From an uncultured bacterium (GTDB lineage Bacteria; Chloroflexota; UBA5177; JANWHV01), in NCBI GenBank assembly GCA_963729625.1, contig CAVSOU010000017.1, forward strand, positions 96,001 through 160,000: a stretch of 64,000 nucleotides of DNA, written 5' to 3'. The position numbers were made by a program, and so were the translations under genes. Below the pieces are notes generated by a model, which searched no databases, was not told where the DNA came from, and worked only from the letters and a program-made list of their open reading frames with translations. Shown here in pieces: positions 50,901 to 61,248 of the stretch (position 1 is its first letter; every line of letters starts with the position of its first letter).

Positions 50901-51371
50901 CGGCCCTCCCATCCCGAGAAGTCGGCTATGCCCGGCTGTGAGACTTCGCCTCGCCTCGCGCGTGTGCAGCGCGTGCGGCGAGCACGGCGGCAGGGGCCTT
51001 GCCGATCCTCGGCACATCGTGAGCATATATCCGCCCCGCGGGCCGTGCAACAGGTGTAAGAGTCGACGCCCTTGGGGGCGCTGCGGCCGGACGGGTTACC
51101 GGCCGTGTGGCCGCACAGCTCAAAACGTGGGTTCAGCCGTGGGTTTCCTGTGCCAACCTGTCTGGCTACTGGCACCTCCCAGACGCAGAGTGGAAGCGTG
51201 GGTAGCAGGGGTGTGCAGGTTGTGCAGACCGCGCTACCAGGCCACAGCGCTGAGTGGGGGAGCAAGTGAAGTCGACGTGAGCGTCAATGGGAGGAAACAC
51301 CAGCCGGCATCGGCTCAGACAGCCGCAGCGTGCATGCATGACACCTGGAATTCGATGGAGGGAGATCAGCG

Positions 51372-51758
51372 ATGTCTATCTTCGGAACACGTGGTCGATC
51401 GGCCGCTATGAGGGCCGTCCAGCAGCTTTGTTCGAGGCACGGGACTGCCGTCGTCCTGGTCAGCACGCTGGCCTTGGCGGGCAGTGCCTCATTCTACCTA
51501 CGCCAGCCGGCTGCTCCTGTGGCCGCGCAGATGCCTTCCAGTCAGCAGGGCTCCCTGACCTGCGGCCCCCAGGAGCGTGCGTATACCGCTTACATACCGG
51601 TATCCCCTTGGCAGGTCGAAGAGTGCCGGCCGGTCGCCCAGATGCCTTCCACCCAGCAGGACTCGCTTACCTGCGGCCCCCAGGAACGTGCGCATACCGC
51701 CTACATACCGGTATCCCCCTGGCTCGTTGCCGAGTGCCGGCCGGCCGCCCAGAGCTGA
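51372..51758 (+). CDS. Small exported protein with two tandem 37-aa Cys-containing repeats
   Basis: GGAGGGAG RBS; hydrophobic stretch AVVLVSTLALAGSASF; repeat QMPS.QQ.SLTCGPQERA.TAYIPVSPW.V.ECRP.A twice. Confidence 0.7.
   Translation: MSIFGTRGRSAAMRAVQQLCSRHGTAVVLVSTLALAGSASFYLRQPAAPVAAQMPSSQQGSLTCGPQERAYTAYIPVSPWQVEECRPVAQMPSTQQDSLTCGPQERAHTAYIPVSPWLVAECRPAAQS
51528..51749 (+). repeat. 111-bp tandem repeat, two copies, within the CDS
   Basis: CAGATGCCTTCCA at 51528 and 51639; the units are highly similar and in frame. Confidence 0.9.
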
Positions 51759-52168
51759 GGGCGGCTCAGCATCGCGGCGGTTTGGCCGACACTGCCACGA
51801 TGGGGCAGGCGATGCCCACAGGGAGCCGGTGTCTCCTCCCAGCCGGGCATCTCATAGGAATCGGCGCCACGGGTGTCGACCTGGATGAGGGGCTAATCAG
51901 CGCTTGCGGGCGACTCGGACCCGTCTTCACTCTAGCAGGCGGGTCCGAGTTGTCGAATCAGGCCTGTATCTGCCGACGACCCTCTTGCCGGCAGCAGTGC
52001 TGTCGGCGCAACGAGTCCTTCGCTTGCTATTGGTCGACCGCTACCCCACATACGGGGCGCGGCAGACGGCGTAGCGGCCTTGCCGTCACCGTACCGGCGT
52101 GCCATGTTTGGGGAGAGCATGGGCCTTCGTCCGTGCGCTGGTGACGAGCGAGGTCCGAATCCAGGTAT

Positions 52169-52516
52169 TTACTGCATGTCTAGCGCGATGCGCAGGCCGT
52201 CTTCTACTTCTTGCAACTGGGTGGTCGTGAGGCTACCAAGCAGGACGGCGAGTTTCCCGCGATCGAGCGTGGTTACCTGGTGGCACATGGCAGTGCTCTC
52301 CTGAGGCAAGCCACCGGCGCCGGCAGGGAGTGCCACAGCGGTAGGGCCGCGGCGGGCTTGGGATGCGGAGGTCGAGACAGGCACTACGATCACTGACTGC
52401 CAGCCAGGCGCTTGGTTGAACGCGTCCCGGGAGACGATAATTACCGGACGTCGTCCTGTCTGCTCAGCACCTGAGCGGGGGGCCAGGGTTGCCCAATAGA
52501 CCTCGCCTCGCTTCAC
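52169..52516 (-). CDS. mazF: PemK/MazF family toxin
   Basis: MKRGEVYWA.L.P..G.EQ.G.RPV.IVS, S...CHQV.TLD. Confidence 0.92.
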   Translation of the reverse strand: MKRGEVYWATLAPRSGAEQTGRRPVIIVSRDAFNQAPGWQSVIVVPVSTSASQARRGPTAVALPAGAGGLPQESTAMCHQVTTLDRGKLAVLLGSLTTTQLQEVEDGLRIALDMQ

Positions 52517-52788
52517 GCGTCGTGCTCCAGCAGTTCTAGACCCGCCGCTTCAAGGTCTGGATCGATATCGTCCGTCGTCCCAGCCATCGCCGCAGTATAT
52601 GCCAGAATAGCTTCGTCAATCCGGGCTTGTTGCCGCGTTTCCAGCCATTGCGCGATTGCTTCACGGGCCACAGCATTGGCAGGTTTCCTACTGTGTGCCG
52701 CCTCCGTCTGCAAGGCACGGTAGAGGTCATCCGGCAGGGGTACATGAAAGTTGCGACGTGGCGTGGGGTCAGATGCAACGCGTGGCAT
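52513..52788 (-). CDS. RHH-type antitoxin cognate to MazF
   Basis: NFHVPLPDDLY..L..EA, AREAI..WL, acidic tail; AGGAGG RBS; GTGA overlap. Confidence 0.8.
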   Translation of the reverse strand: MPRVASDPTPRRNFHVPLPDDLYRALQTEAAHSRKPANAVAREAIAQWLETRQQARIDEAILAYTAAMAGTTDDIDPDLEAAGLELLEHDA

Positions 52789-53073
52789 GATTCTCCTCCT
52801 TCTTATGCCATATGATTGCAACCCAGTATGCCACGATTCGATGGCACGAAGAAAGCTGAGCGACGCGCCGTTCTTCACCCCGCGCGCACCTGCGCTCCGG
52901 GCCGCGACGGATGCGCGCATGGCGCTGGTCGCCAACTGCCTCACGATTTCGGGTACTACGACCATGTGGGAAATTGCGCGCGTGGGCGGGCCGGGTTGCC
53001 CGCATATGTGATGCCTGTTGGTAGTCGCCGTTTGACGTGGACCGCAGCACGCCCGGTGACAGCCAAGCAGCCG

Positions 53074-54366
53074 TCAGTCCTCCACTTCCGCGTCGCGATC
53101 GCGCATGCGTGGATCGACGACACGACCGTAGACAATCAGCGTGGCAGCGAGGGCGAGCACGAGCGTCATCACGAACACGGTCGGGTAACCGACACGGTCG
53201 GCGATGATGCCGGCAAGCAGCGGCGCCCCGGCGGCAAATGGTACGGCTGCCAGGTTGGCGAGGCCGATGTAGGTGGGCCGCTGCGCAATGGGGGCGAAGT
53301 CGACGATAAACGTGAACGCCGCCAGCTGCAGGCCGCTGGTGGAGATGCCGACAAGCATGAAGACGAGGCCATAGCCGGCGAAGCCGATACCCGGCCCGTG
53401 CACCAGGAGGGCGATCAGGGCGGCCAGGCCGGTGCAGAGAGCGCCACCCTCGATTACGCGCTTGTGCCCAATGTGGTCACCCACGTAACCCCAGGCGACA
53501 TTTCCCACGGTTGAGGCAGCCATTAGCACTACAGCATACACGCCGGCGCTGGCGTCGGTGAGGTGCAAGGTGCGCTTGGCATCGACGATGTAGAACGACG
53601 TGGCCATTCCCGCGGCGCTGATCAACACGGTCGCCACCAGATACCAGGCAAAATTGCGGTCGTCGCGCACGATACCCGGCAGCCGGCGCCAGTAGCCGGC
53701 ATGGGATGCTGACGCGGGAGGCGCCGCTTCCACCGGCGCCGGTTCCCGACTGCTGGCGATAAAGACGAAGGAGACAGCGAGCGAGACCGTGGTACAGGCG
53801 AAGCACAGGGCGAATCCTCCCGGCCAGTCGAAGCGCTCCAGAAGAAGAGCGGCGATGGCTGCGCCGATCACGCCGAGCAGGCCGCCGAGGGCGATACTGA
53901 AGCCGAAGAAGCGCCCACGCCAGTCGGGCGGCAGCATGCGTGCCAGCAGATCGAGCCAGGCCGGGAGGCCCATGCCGCCGAACCAGGTCCCAATCCCGAC
54001 CATGGCGAAGAACAGCCAGAGCAATAGCGCCGGATGGCTGCCGGCGAGCAACGGTGTGACAATGGCAAGGACGAGGTAGGGCAGCCGCTCGAAGGTAGTC
54101 ATTGTCAGCAGGAACGGCTTCTTGCGCCGTAGGCGCTCCGTGTGCGGCGCGATAAGTACAGGAGGCAAGGAAGATCCTATCGCCCGGATGGTGGCGATCA
54201 ACCCAAGGGCCAGGTTCGAGGTGCTGAGGTGATGGACGTACAGCGGCATCACACCGTAGACCGAGACGAAGCTAAGCCCTAACACAAAGAGGCTAAGATC
54301 GAGGCCCATCACCGTGTAGTTCCAGCGATACTCTCGCAGTGGTACGACGGTCCTCAACACAGACAT
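53074..54366 (-). CDS. MFS transporter
   Basis: About 12 TM segments; YRWNY, RGRFFG, WGYVGDHIG; paralog of 12939-14216. Confidence 0.9.
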   Translation of the reverse strand: MSVLRTVVPLREYRWNYTVMGLDLSLFVLGLSFVSVYGVMPLYVHHLSTSNLALGLIATIRAIGSSLPPVLIAPHTERLRRKKPFLLTMTTFERLPYLVLAIVTPLLAGSHPALLLWLFFAMVGIGTWFGGMGLPAWLDLLARMLPPDWRGRFFGFSIALGGLLGVIGAAIAALLLERFDWPGGFALCFACTTVSLAVSFVFIASSREPAPVEAAPPASASHAGYWRRLPGIVRDDRNFAWYLVATVLISAAGMATSFYIVDAKRTLHLTDASAGVYAVVLMAASTVGNVAWGYVGDHIGHKRVIEGGALCTGLAALIALLVHGPGIGFAGYGLVFMLVGISTSGLQLAAFTFIVDFAPIAQRPTYIGLANLAAVPFAAGAPLLAGIIADRVGYPTVFVMTLVLALAATLIVYGRVVDPRMRDRDAEVED

Positions 54367-54633
54367 GCAGGGTACTTCCTCGACCTTTGGTACTTCATCG
54401 GGCCGCACGGTGCCGGCCAGGCAGCTCGCGAAAGGCGCTGCGCCCGGCCGCCTGTAGCATTCTACAGGCCCGTGTTTCGGCCCGACCAGGCGTGCCGGCT
54501 CGCTTACGATGCTACTCCCGGCAGCGGTGCGGCCGGAGGCCAGGTGCTGCGCGCTGCCCTTGGATCGGGTTGAAGCGCAGGCCATCCAGGCACGCCTCGA
54601 GCAGGAGGGAGAGAGGGAGCACTCGGCGCCGGC

Positions 54634-57072
54634 TCAGCCGGCCGGATCGGCCTCCAGCGCCAGCGAGATGGCCGCCTCCAACACCAGGGCTTGTCCCTCG
54701 GCCCAGGCCACCGCGAACGTCTCCTCACCCAGCGCCGCGCGCATGGCCTGCACCGCCCGGTCATGGTCGCCACTGTCGCTTGAGGGCGCGGGCAGGCCCA
54801 GGACGTCCCGCTCCGCCTCCGCGGCTCCGCACAGGCGCGCGGCCCGTCGCGACTGTCCACGCGCCGCGGCTGCCCAGGCCAAACCCTCCAGCGCCTCGGC
54901 CTGAATGTGCTTGGTACTGAGGTCGCGAGTAAGCAGGAGGCTTTCCTCGAACAGCCTTGCCGCTTTACCGTACTCGCGCTGGGCGGAAGCAACCAATCCC
55001 AGGTTGTTGAGCGACTCGGCGATACCTCGCCTGTCGCCCTGCTCGCGCCGCAGCGCAAGGCCTTCTGTAAGTAGGCCGGTTGCCCGTTCGACCTGGCCAA
55101 GCCCACGCGCCACCAGGCCCAGATTGTTGAGCGCCGTGGCGCTGCCCCACAGGTCTCCGAGCGCGCGATACAGCACCAGTCCCTCGGCATACAGGGCCTC
55201 CGCACGCGTGAAATCGCCCAACTCTAACATCGCGCTCGCCACATTGGTCAGCGACGTGGCGATGCCTTGCGTGTCGCCCAGCTCGCGACGTAGGGCCAGG
55301 GCTTCCTGATGCAGGGCCAGCGAAATCCGGTATTCTCCCTGCCGCCGCGCCAGGTTTCCGGCACCATTCAGCGCTCGGGCGCGGGTAGCGGGCGAGCCCC
55401 GGTTCGAGACGAGCATCTCTTCCAACCAGCGCCGCCCTTCACCCAGATGGCCGCGGATTTCCCAGAAGCGCCAGAGCGACGACGCCAAGCGCAGCCCCTC
55501 CTCGCCGCGCGCCCTCTCTCGCGCCCAGCCCAGCGCCGCACGCAGGTTATCGTGCTCCTGTTCCAGCCGATCCAGCCACGGCCCCTGCTCAGCCCCGCGC
55601 AACGCCGGGTCCGCCTGCAGCGCCAGCGCCAGAAAACAGTTCAGGTGGAGGTCGCGGGTCGTGGCTTCCTCACCGGCCGCGGCAAGCCGTTCCCCGGCAT
55701 ACTGGCGCACCGTCTCGAGCAGCCGGTAGCGGTCCGCCCCCTCGGCCGTCTCGTCCACCTGCACAAGCGAGCGGTGCACCAGCCCATCGAGACCGTCCAG
55801 CACCGCCCAGGACGCTATCTCATCTCCCGCGCACACTGCCTCCGCCGCCTCCAGCGTCCAACCGCCCGCGAAGACCGAAAGCCGGCTGAGCACCGTTCGC
55901 TCCCGTGCATCGAGAAGGTCCCAACTCCAGTCCAGTGTCGCCCGCAGCGTCCGCTGCCGCGTAGGGAGGTCCCGCGAGCCGGTGCACAGCAGCTGAAAGC
56001 GGTCATCCAGGCGAGAGGCGATCGCCTCCACGCCCATGCTGCCCATACGGGCCGCGGCCAGCTCGATTGCCAGCGGCACACCGTCCAGCCGGGCACAGAT
56101 CTCGGCCACTGCCCGGGCATTACTGCCAGTCAAGGCGAAGTTTTCGCGCCGCTCCTGGGCACGAGCCACGAACAGGCGCACCGCCTCGAAGCTGCCTGCC
56201 AGTTCCGGCGACGGTAGGCGCCGGGGATCGGGAATACTGAGCGACGGGACCCGGTAGCTGCACTCTCCGGCGACTCCCAGTGCTTCCCGGCTGGTAGCCA
56301 GGACGTGCAGGCAGGGTGCTGCCCGCAGCAGCATTCCCGCCAGTGTGGCGCAGGCCACCACGAGGTGCTCGCAGTTGTCAAGTATCAGCAGCAGGCGCTT
56401 TCCTTTGCAATGGTCGCTCAGGGTCTCCGGGACCGCGCGGCCCGGCTCTTCCTGCAGGCCCAGGGCCTGGACTACCGCGGCCGGCACCAGCCCGGAGTCG
56501 GCCAGCGGAGCCAACTCCACCAGCCACACGCCGTCGGGAAAGGCAGCGAGGATCTCCTTCCCAACTGCGAGGGCGAGCCGTGTCTTGCCTACGCCGCCGC
56601 TGCCGACCAGGGTGACCATGCGGTGTGCCGCGAGCAGCTCGTTCACCCTGGCCTGCGCGCGCTCGCGCCCAATAAAGCTGGACAGGGTCGCGGGAAGATT
56701 GTGCTGCGGGTTGAACGACGGCGTCGCGGTTTCCCTCACCGGCATGAACTGTGGCAGGAGCGGAAGCGCGATAGAGTCACGGATCGGGACTGGAGCTGCG
56801 TTGCTCAGCGGAGCTACGGGTGATGAGGGTGCATGGAGTTGCGCAGCCAGCGCCAACGCCTCGCGCTCCTGAGCAGTGAGCGTTAAGGCGTCGGCCAGCC
56901 GGCGCATTGTGGCGGGATATGGCCGGTGCATGCCGCGCTCCAAATAGAGGAGGCCGCGCGAACTGAGCCCGGCGCAGTCGGCCAGGGCCTCTTGCGAAAG
57001 GCCAGCGGCCTCCCGATAGCGGCGTAGCAGTGTGCCAAAGGTGCGAAGGGATTCGGAAGGTTGCTTGGGCAT
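54634..57072 (-). CDS. XRE-HTH / NB-ARC-like ATPase / TPR regulator
   Basis: FGTLLRRYREAAGLSQEALA, GSGGVGKTRLA, LILDNCEH, LDGVPLAIELAAAR, TPR repeats (SLNNLGLVA). Confidence 0.92.
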   Translation of the reverse strand: MPKQPSESLRTFGTLLRRYREAAGLSQEALADCAGLSSRGLLYLERGMHRPYPATMRRLADALTLTAQEREALALAAQLHAPSSPVAPLSNAAPVPIRDSIALPLLPQFMPVRETATPSFNPQHNLPATLSSFIGRERAQARVNELLAAHRMVTLVGSGGVGKTRLALAVGKEILAAFPDGVWLVELAPLADSGLVPAAVVQALGLQEEPGRAVPETLSDHCKGKRLLLILDNCEHLVVACATLAGMLLRAAPCLHVLATSREALGVAGECSYRVPSLSIPDPRRLPSPELAGSFEAVRLFVARAQERRENFALTGSNARAVAEICARLDGVPLAIELAAARMGSMGVEAIASRLDDRFQLLCTGSRDLPTRQRTLRATLDWSWDLLDARERTVLSRLSVFAGGWTLEAAEAVCAGDEIASWAVLDGLDGLVHRSLVQVDETAEGADRYRLLETVRQYAGERLAAAGEEATTRDLHLNCFLALALQADPALRGAEQGPWLDRLEQEHDNLRAALGWARERARGEEGLRLASSLWRFWEIRGHLGEGRRWLEEMLVSNRGSPATRARALNGAGNLARRQGEYRISLALHQEALALRRELGDTQGIATSLTNVASAMLELGDFTRAEALYAEGLVLYRALGDLWGSATALNNLGLVARGLGQVERATGLLTEGLALRREQGDRRGIAESLNNLGLVASAQREYGKAARLFEESLLLTRDLSTKHIQAEALEGLAWAAAARGQSRRAARLCGAAEAERDVLGLPAPSSDSGDHDRAVQAMRAALGEETFAVAWAEGQALVLEAAISLALEADPAG

Positions 57073-57353
57073 CGTCTCTCCTGTTCGAGCAACCTTCCGC
57101 TGCGCTGCTCGGAGCAAACGAGCTATTCTCAGCTATATCGCATCATACCATCCTTATCTTTAAGGCGCTGGGCGGCTGTGAACCGCGATGCAAACGCCGA
57201 TCTGGTAGTCTGAGGTGACGGCTTGGCGCCGGCGATCGCGCAAGCGCTTGGTACTGTTGCACGCTTGATCCGGCCTCGCGAAACCACACCGCGATGCAGG
57301 CAGGGACAGAGCGGAGCCGGAGGCCGCCCAGAGGCTAAAGGAGCTGTGCAGAT

Positions 57354-58031
57354 ATGTCGACAGATGTGCGAGCGCTCTACACGCAGTTGGTCGCGACAGC
57401 GGCGGCGCTGGTCCGCAGTGGCGCGATATCCATGTCCGGACATGGCAACCTCAGCATCCGCATTCCGGGGCGCGACGAGATCCTGTACAGTGCCGCGCCA
57501 ACGCTCCACGGGTTTCAGGAGTCAAGCATTGTACGCCTACACCTGGATGGCAGCATTCTGGACGGCGACGTGCCGCCTATAGCCGCCGCCGTGATCCCGA
57601 TGCACACTACCATCTACCAGGAACGCCCCGATACCGGCTGCGTCGTGCATACCCATTCGCCCTACGCGACCGCATTCGCGGTGGCCAACCGGCCTATCGA
57701 GGGGTGGACCGAGGCATTCGGCATCTTCGGGCTGGAGGATGGAGTGCCGCTCGCACCCTATGGCGCCCGCGGCTCCGAGCAGGCTGTGCGGCACATCAAG
57801 GATGCTCTGACAGCCAAAACGCACGCTATCCTTCTGGCCAACCATGGTGTGCTTTGTTTCCACAGCACTCCCGCCATGGCGGTGCAGATGAACGTGATCG
57901 TGGAGGAGGCGGCCCAAGCCGCTATCTTCGCCGGAGCCATTGGAGGGCCACGGGTGGTGCCGCCAGAGTTGCTGCACGCGTCCAAGACCCGGGCAGCCAG
58001 CTTTGAAGCCCGGGGCACCCTGCACGGCTGA
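57354..58031 (+). CDS. Class II aldolase/adducin family protein
   Basis: GNLSIR, H..IY..RPD, VHTHSPYATAFA, LLANHG. Confidence 0.9.
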   Translation: MSTDVRALYTQLVATAAALVRSGAISMSGHGNLSIRIPGRDEILYSAAPTLHGFQESSIVRLHLDGSILDGDVPPIAAAVIPMHTTIYQERPDTGCVVHTHSPYATAFAVANRPIEGWTEAFGIFGLEDGVPLAPYGARGSEQAVRHIKDALTAKTHAILLANHGVLCFHSTPAMAVQMNVIVEEAAQAAIFAGAIGGPRVVPPELLHASKTRAASFEARGTLHG

Positions 58032-58766
58032 TCCGAGGCGACAGCGGCGCCATTCAAGCGCTATGCCGGGTGACACTGCGGTAGAGAGCGCGCAACAGCG
58101 ACCAACTCACTCGGAAGAACCCGGAAGTGCCGTTGGTTATCAGATTGTGCCGTGTACGCCGAGGGCATGGCGACACTACTGGCAGGATGATTGCACCAGG
58201 TAGTTGCCTGACGGCTCAGGAATCGGCGATATTGTGCCCATACCAGAGTAAGAAAGCGCGGTATGATTCGGCAATGTAGGCTGGGATCGGCACGCCCTCA
58301 CAGATACACGCGCCACGACCGCGCGCCTGGAGCCGGCGAATATCGTCGTGAGTCAGTGGGCGCTCACATGGACGCCCATCTTCCTGCCACCGCAATACGC
58401 GCACGTGAAGCCTGTGCAACTCCTGGCTCGTGACCAGCAGCAGAAGCTGATCGATCCTCCCCTGGTGCGCCAACTCCTCAACCGCTGCCCGCGAAGGCAC
58501 TCCCAGCCGGCCGGCATCGTCGGTGCTATCAATCAGCCGCACAAGCTCTTCCACGCCCAAGGTCAGACAACTCCTCTCGGCAAGGTCACCGACCAAGTCC
58601 CGCTTCCGTACGCAGCTACACGAGCACGGCGTCACTCGTGGTAACCGGCCAGGCACGGGCAGTGCCCGTCTGTACCTGGCCGGCGTCTTTGACAGGAAGG
58701 CAGAGCACCTATCGTAGAGATGGAGCGCCTTGCATGCGAGCGCCGTCCTCAACAAGGGTGCTGGCG

Positions 58767-59054
58767 CTACGGGATGAGCTTATAGATGTCGATAGCTGTT
58801 TCCCGCGGCGGTGTCGCGAACCCTCCCTTGATGCCCTGCTGCATTTTGGGCATCAGGGTGCCGTCGCGAAATCGCTCCCAGCTCTCCTTGGAGTCATGGA
58901 CCGCCACGATCGTCCAGCCTCCAGCCGATGGACCGGCTGCGTGGAAGATCTGGCCATCTGGCAGCACACCGGCACCGGGATGCACGGCGGCGATCGATGC
59001 CTCGTACTGCTCCTTGGTGCCGCCAGGGAAATGATGGACGATCCCGTACGCCAT
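58767..59054 (-). CDS. Small hypothetical protein (ferredoxin-like / ABM-barrel type)
   Basis: GGT.EQY, P.GQIFHAAG....GW.IV.V.DS.E..ERF; AGAGGGAG RBS. Confidence 0.75.
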   Translation of the reverse strand: MAYGIVHHFPGGTKEQYEASIAAVHPGAGVLPDGQIFHAAGPSAGGWTIVAVHDSKESWERFRDGTLMPKMQQGIKGGFATPPRETAIDIYKLIP

Positions 59055-59215
59055 GATTGCTCCCTCTTCTGTTTCTAGACACGTTCAGCACTCGCGAGCC
59101 CCGGCGACGACCGGCACGAGCGCCTGTTTCACACGTGGGCGGCAGCACCGAAGCGGATCGCTGCCTCACAGTATTCACTCTGGGCTAGCGCGGTGTGCAT
59201 GACCAGGAAAAGGTC

Positions 59216-59265
59216 CCGCACGGTTTCCGCATTCTCACCGCACAGTCACTGCATGAACGATTGCA
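59216..59265 (-). promoter_or_regulatory. Five phased TGC(A/G) repeats upstream of 58767-59054
   Basis: Plus-strand GCA cores at 59218, 59229, 59240, 59251 and 59263 (CCGCA three times, CTGCA, TTGCA). Confidence 0.55.
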
Positions 59266-59401
59266 ATCGACGCACGCCAGATCCATCGCATGAGCGGTGT
59301 GCTTGCCGGAGACGCTTCGCTCTCTGATGTAGAACTTGCACATTCATGCCATGGGGTTGCGCCAGGCAGCCCACGTTCAGGAGATCGCGGCCAGTCCGGT
59401 G

Positions 59402-60358
59402 CTACGCCGAGAGACCTGCCGCTTGCAGCGCCTCCGTCAGGGTTGGCGTGCCCTCCATCGGGCCTAAGCGCGTCACGGCCAGTCCACCCACGGCATTGGC
59501 AATCCGGAGCATGCGTTCAGGCTCAAGCCCGTGCAGAAGGCCATAGGCGACACCGCCGGCAAATGCATCACCGGCGCCCGTCGGATCGCGCTCCTCTCGA
59601 GGCTGGGTAGACACGTGCACGGTAGCCTCGCGCGTGAACAGCGTGCTGCCCCGCGGCCCCTCCTTCATGATTACCATCGCCACACCCCGCTGCAGAAGGA
59701 TGCGCACGGCCTGCCGCACGTCGTCCTCACCGGCCAGCATCGCCAGTTCCTTGCCCGAGGGCAGCACCACGTCGCTCAGCGCTACGATCGGCCCGCACAC
59801 GTCTTCCACCGACGCACCGCCCAGCAACTCCGGCCGGATGTTCGGATCGAAGCTCACGCGCGCGCCCGCTTCCTTGCCCAGCGTCGCAGCCCGCAGGCAC
59901 GCGGCGCGCCACTCCCGGCTGGATGCCAGCGTGGAACCCGTGATGTGGACCAGCTTGGCCCGCGCAAAGTACCCGGGCTCGATTGCCGGCACCTGCGCGG
60001 CTGCAGCGTGTTTGAGGTGAAACAGGAAATCGCGGCCCCCGTCTTCGCGATAGGTTACAAACGCCGTTCCTGTAGCACGCGCCGGGTCGACGAGAAGGTG
60101 GGTCAGGTCTACGCCGTCGCCGGCGAGGCGGATGCGGAGCAGGCGTCCAAAGGCGTCGTCGCCTACGCAGCCGATGAAGCCCGTGGACAGCCCCAATCGC
60201 GCACAAGCACTGGCGAAATCCGCCGGCGCGCCGCTGGGGAACGGCCCCTCGAAGGGACCCGGCTCATCGAGCGGAATGCCGGCGCGCGGCCGCATGACCT
60301 CGACCAGTGCCTCGCCAAGCGCAATCACGTCTGGTGTCCGCTGTCCGCTCATGATCAT
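59402..60358 (-). CDS. PfkB family sugar kinase
   Basis: GEALVE, SGAPA, VGDDAFG, FDPNIR, DPTGAGDAF. Confidence 0.93.
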   Translation of the reverse strand: MIMSGQRTPDVIALGEALVEVMRPRAGIPLDEPGPFEGPFPSGAPADFASACARLGLSTGFIGCVGDDAFGRLLRIRLAGDGVDLTHLLVDPARATGTAFVTYREDGGRDFLFHLKHAAAAQVPAIEPGYFARAKLVHITGSTLASSREWRAACLRAATLGKEAGARVSFDPNIRPELLGGASVEDVCGPIVALSDVVLPSGKELAMLAGEDDVRQAVRILLQRGVAMVIMKEGPRGSTLFTREATVHVSTQPREERDPTGAGDAFAGGVAYGLLHGLEPERMLRIANAVGGLAVTRLGPMEGTPTLTEALQAAGLSA

Positions 60359-60734
60359 CTATCCTCATCCGGACTACTCGTACGGCGTCCTGACCACCCT
60401 CCATGCTACCCAAATCTGCCCGCGCCCTGGGCAGGATCCGATCGCCCACCAGCCGCGCTTGGTGGGGAGATGGGAAGATCGGTGGCTGTAATCCGACACG
60501 GTGGTGAGAGATTTCGGCAGAAGCCCCGCTAGCCGCTTTCAAGTCGAGGCGCCAGCGATGCCAACTACCGAAAGGCCCGGCCGCTCAGCCGCGACCGAGC
60601 GTACAGGCCTCCGGCCAAAATCAGCGGTCCCGCACCGGTGAAGAGGAGGTTGATGTTGCCCCACGATACTCCCAGGAAGCCGAAATGCACGCCTCGAAGC
60701 GCCGTGCCGGCAAGGTATCCGAGCGAGCAGCTGG

Positions 60735-61178
60735 CTACTCAACAGGTGCCGGAGGCTCCTGTAGCAGGCCGAGAAAGCCTGCTTTCCCGATCTTTTGCGC
60801 TTTCTTGAAGCGGGTCCCGGGTGCGTACCGCTGAAAGAGCCGCACTGACTCGGTCTGCTCGCGCTCGTAGCCGTCCACGTACACGGCATCGACCTTGCCG
60901 CCGCGGTACGTGAAATAGCCGTCATAGACGAGCGCGGCAAGATCTGGTTGTCGCACCCCGATCAAGTGCCTGGCTTCCTGGAACAGGGCCTCTGTTTCGC
61001 CACCGACACCGGTGTGGCTGAGTGCCACTGTCTCGGCGATGCCATCGGTCACACAGCGCAAGTACGGCTGAAAGGTCCCTCCCGGACCCGTCGCCTCGAG
61101 CCCATGATCGAGCTCCGCGAATAGCAGGGATGCGAGGGCATCGCTCATCTCGGTCCCATCAGGCAGCGTCAGCGGCAC
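60735..61178 (-). CDS. Hypothetical protein
   Basis: GAGGGA RBS, globular composition, YDGY...G.K.DAV.V...QRY pattern. Confidence 0.6.
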   Translation of the reverse strand: MPLTLPDGTEMSDALASLLFAELDHGLEATGPGGTFQPYLRCVTDGIAETVALSHTGVGGETEALFQEARHLIGVRQPDLAALVYDGYFTYRGGKVDAVYVDGYEREQTESVRLFQRYAPGTRFKKAQKIGKAGFLGLLQEPPAPVE

Positions 61179-61248
61179 AACTCAGTCCCTCAGTCGATCT
61201 CGCGGTCGGGCACGAACGTGTGGTGGCCCCGCGCGTCCATCGCTCCCG

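Noticed and set aside
58216-58755. Possible hypothetical or fragmentary ORFs on either strand
   Set aside because: No RBS or motif; the coding strand cannot be determined.
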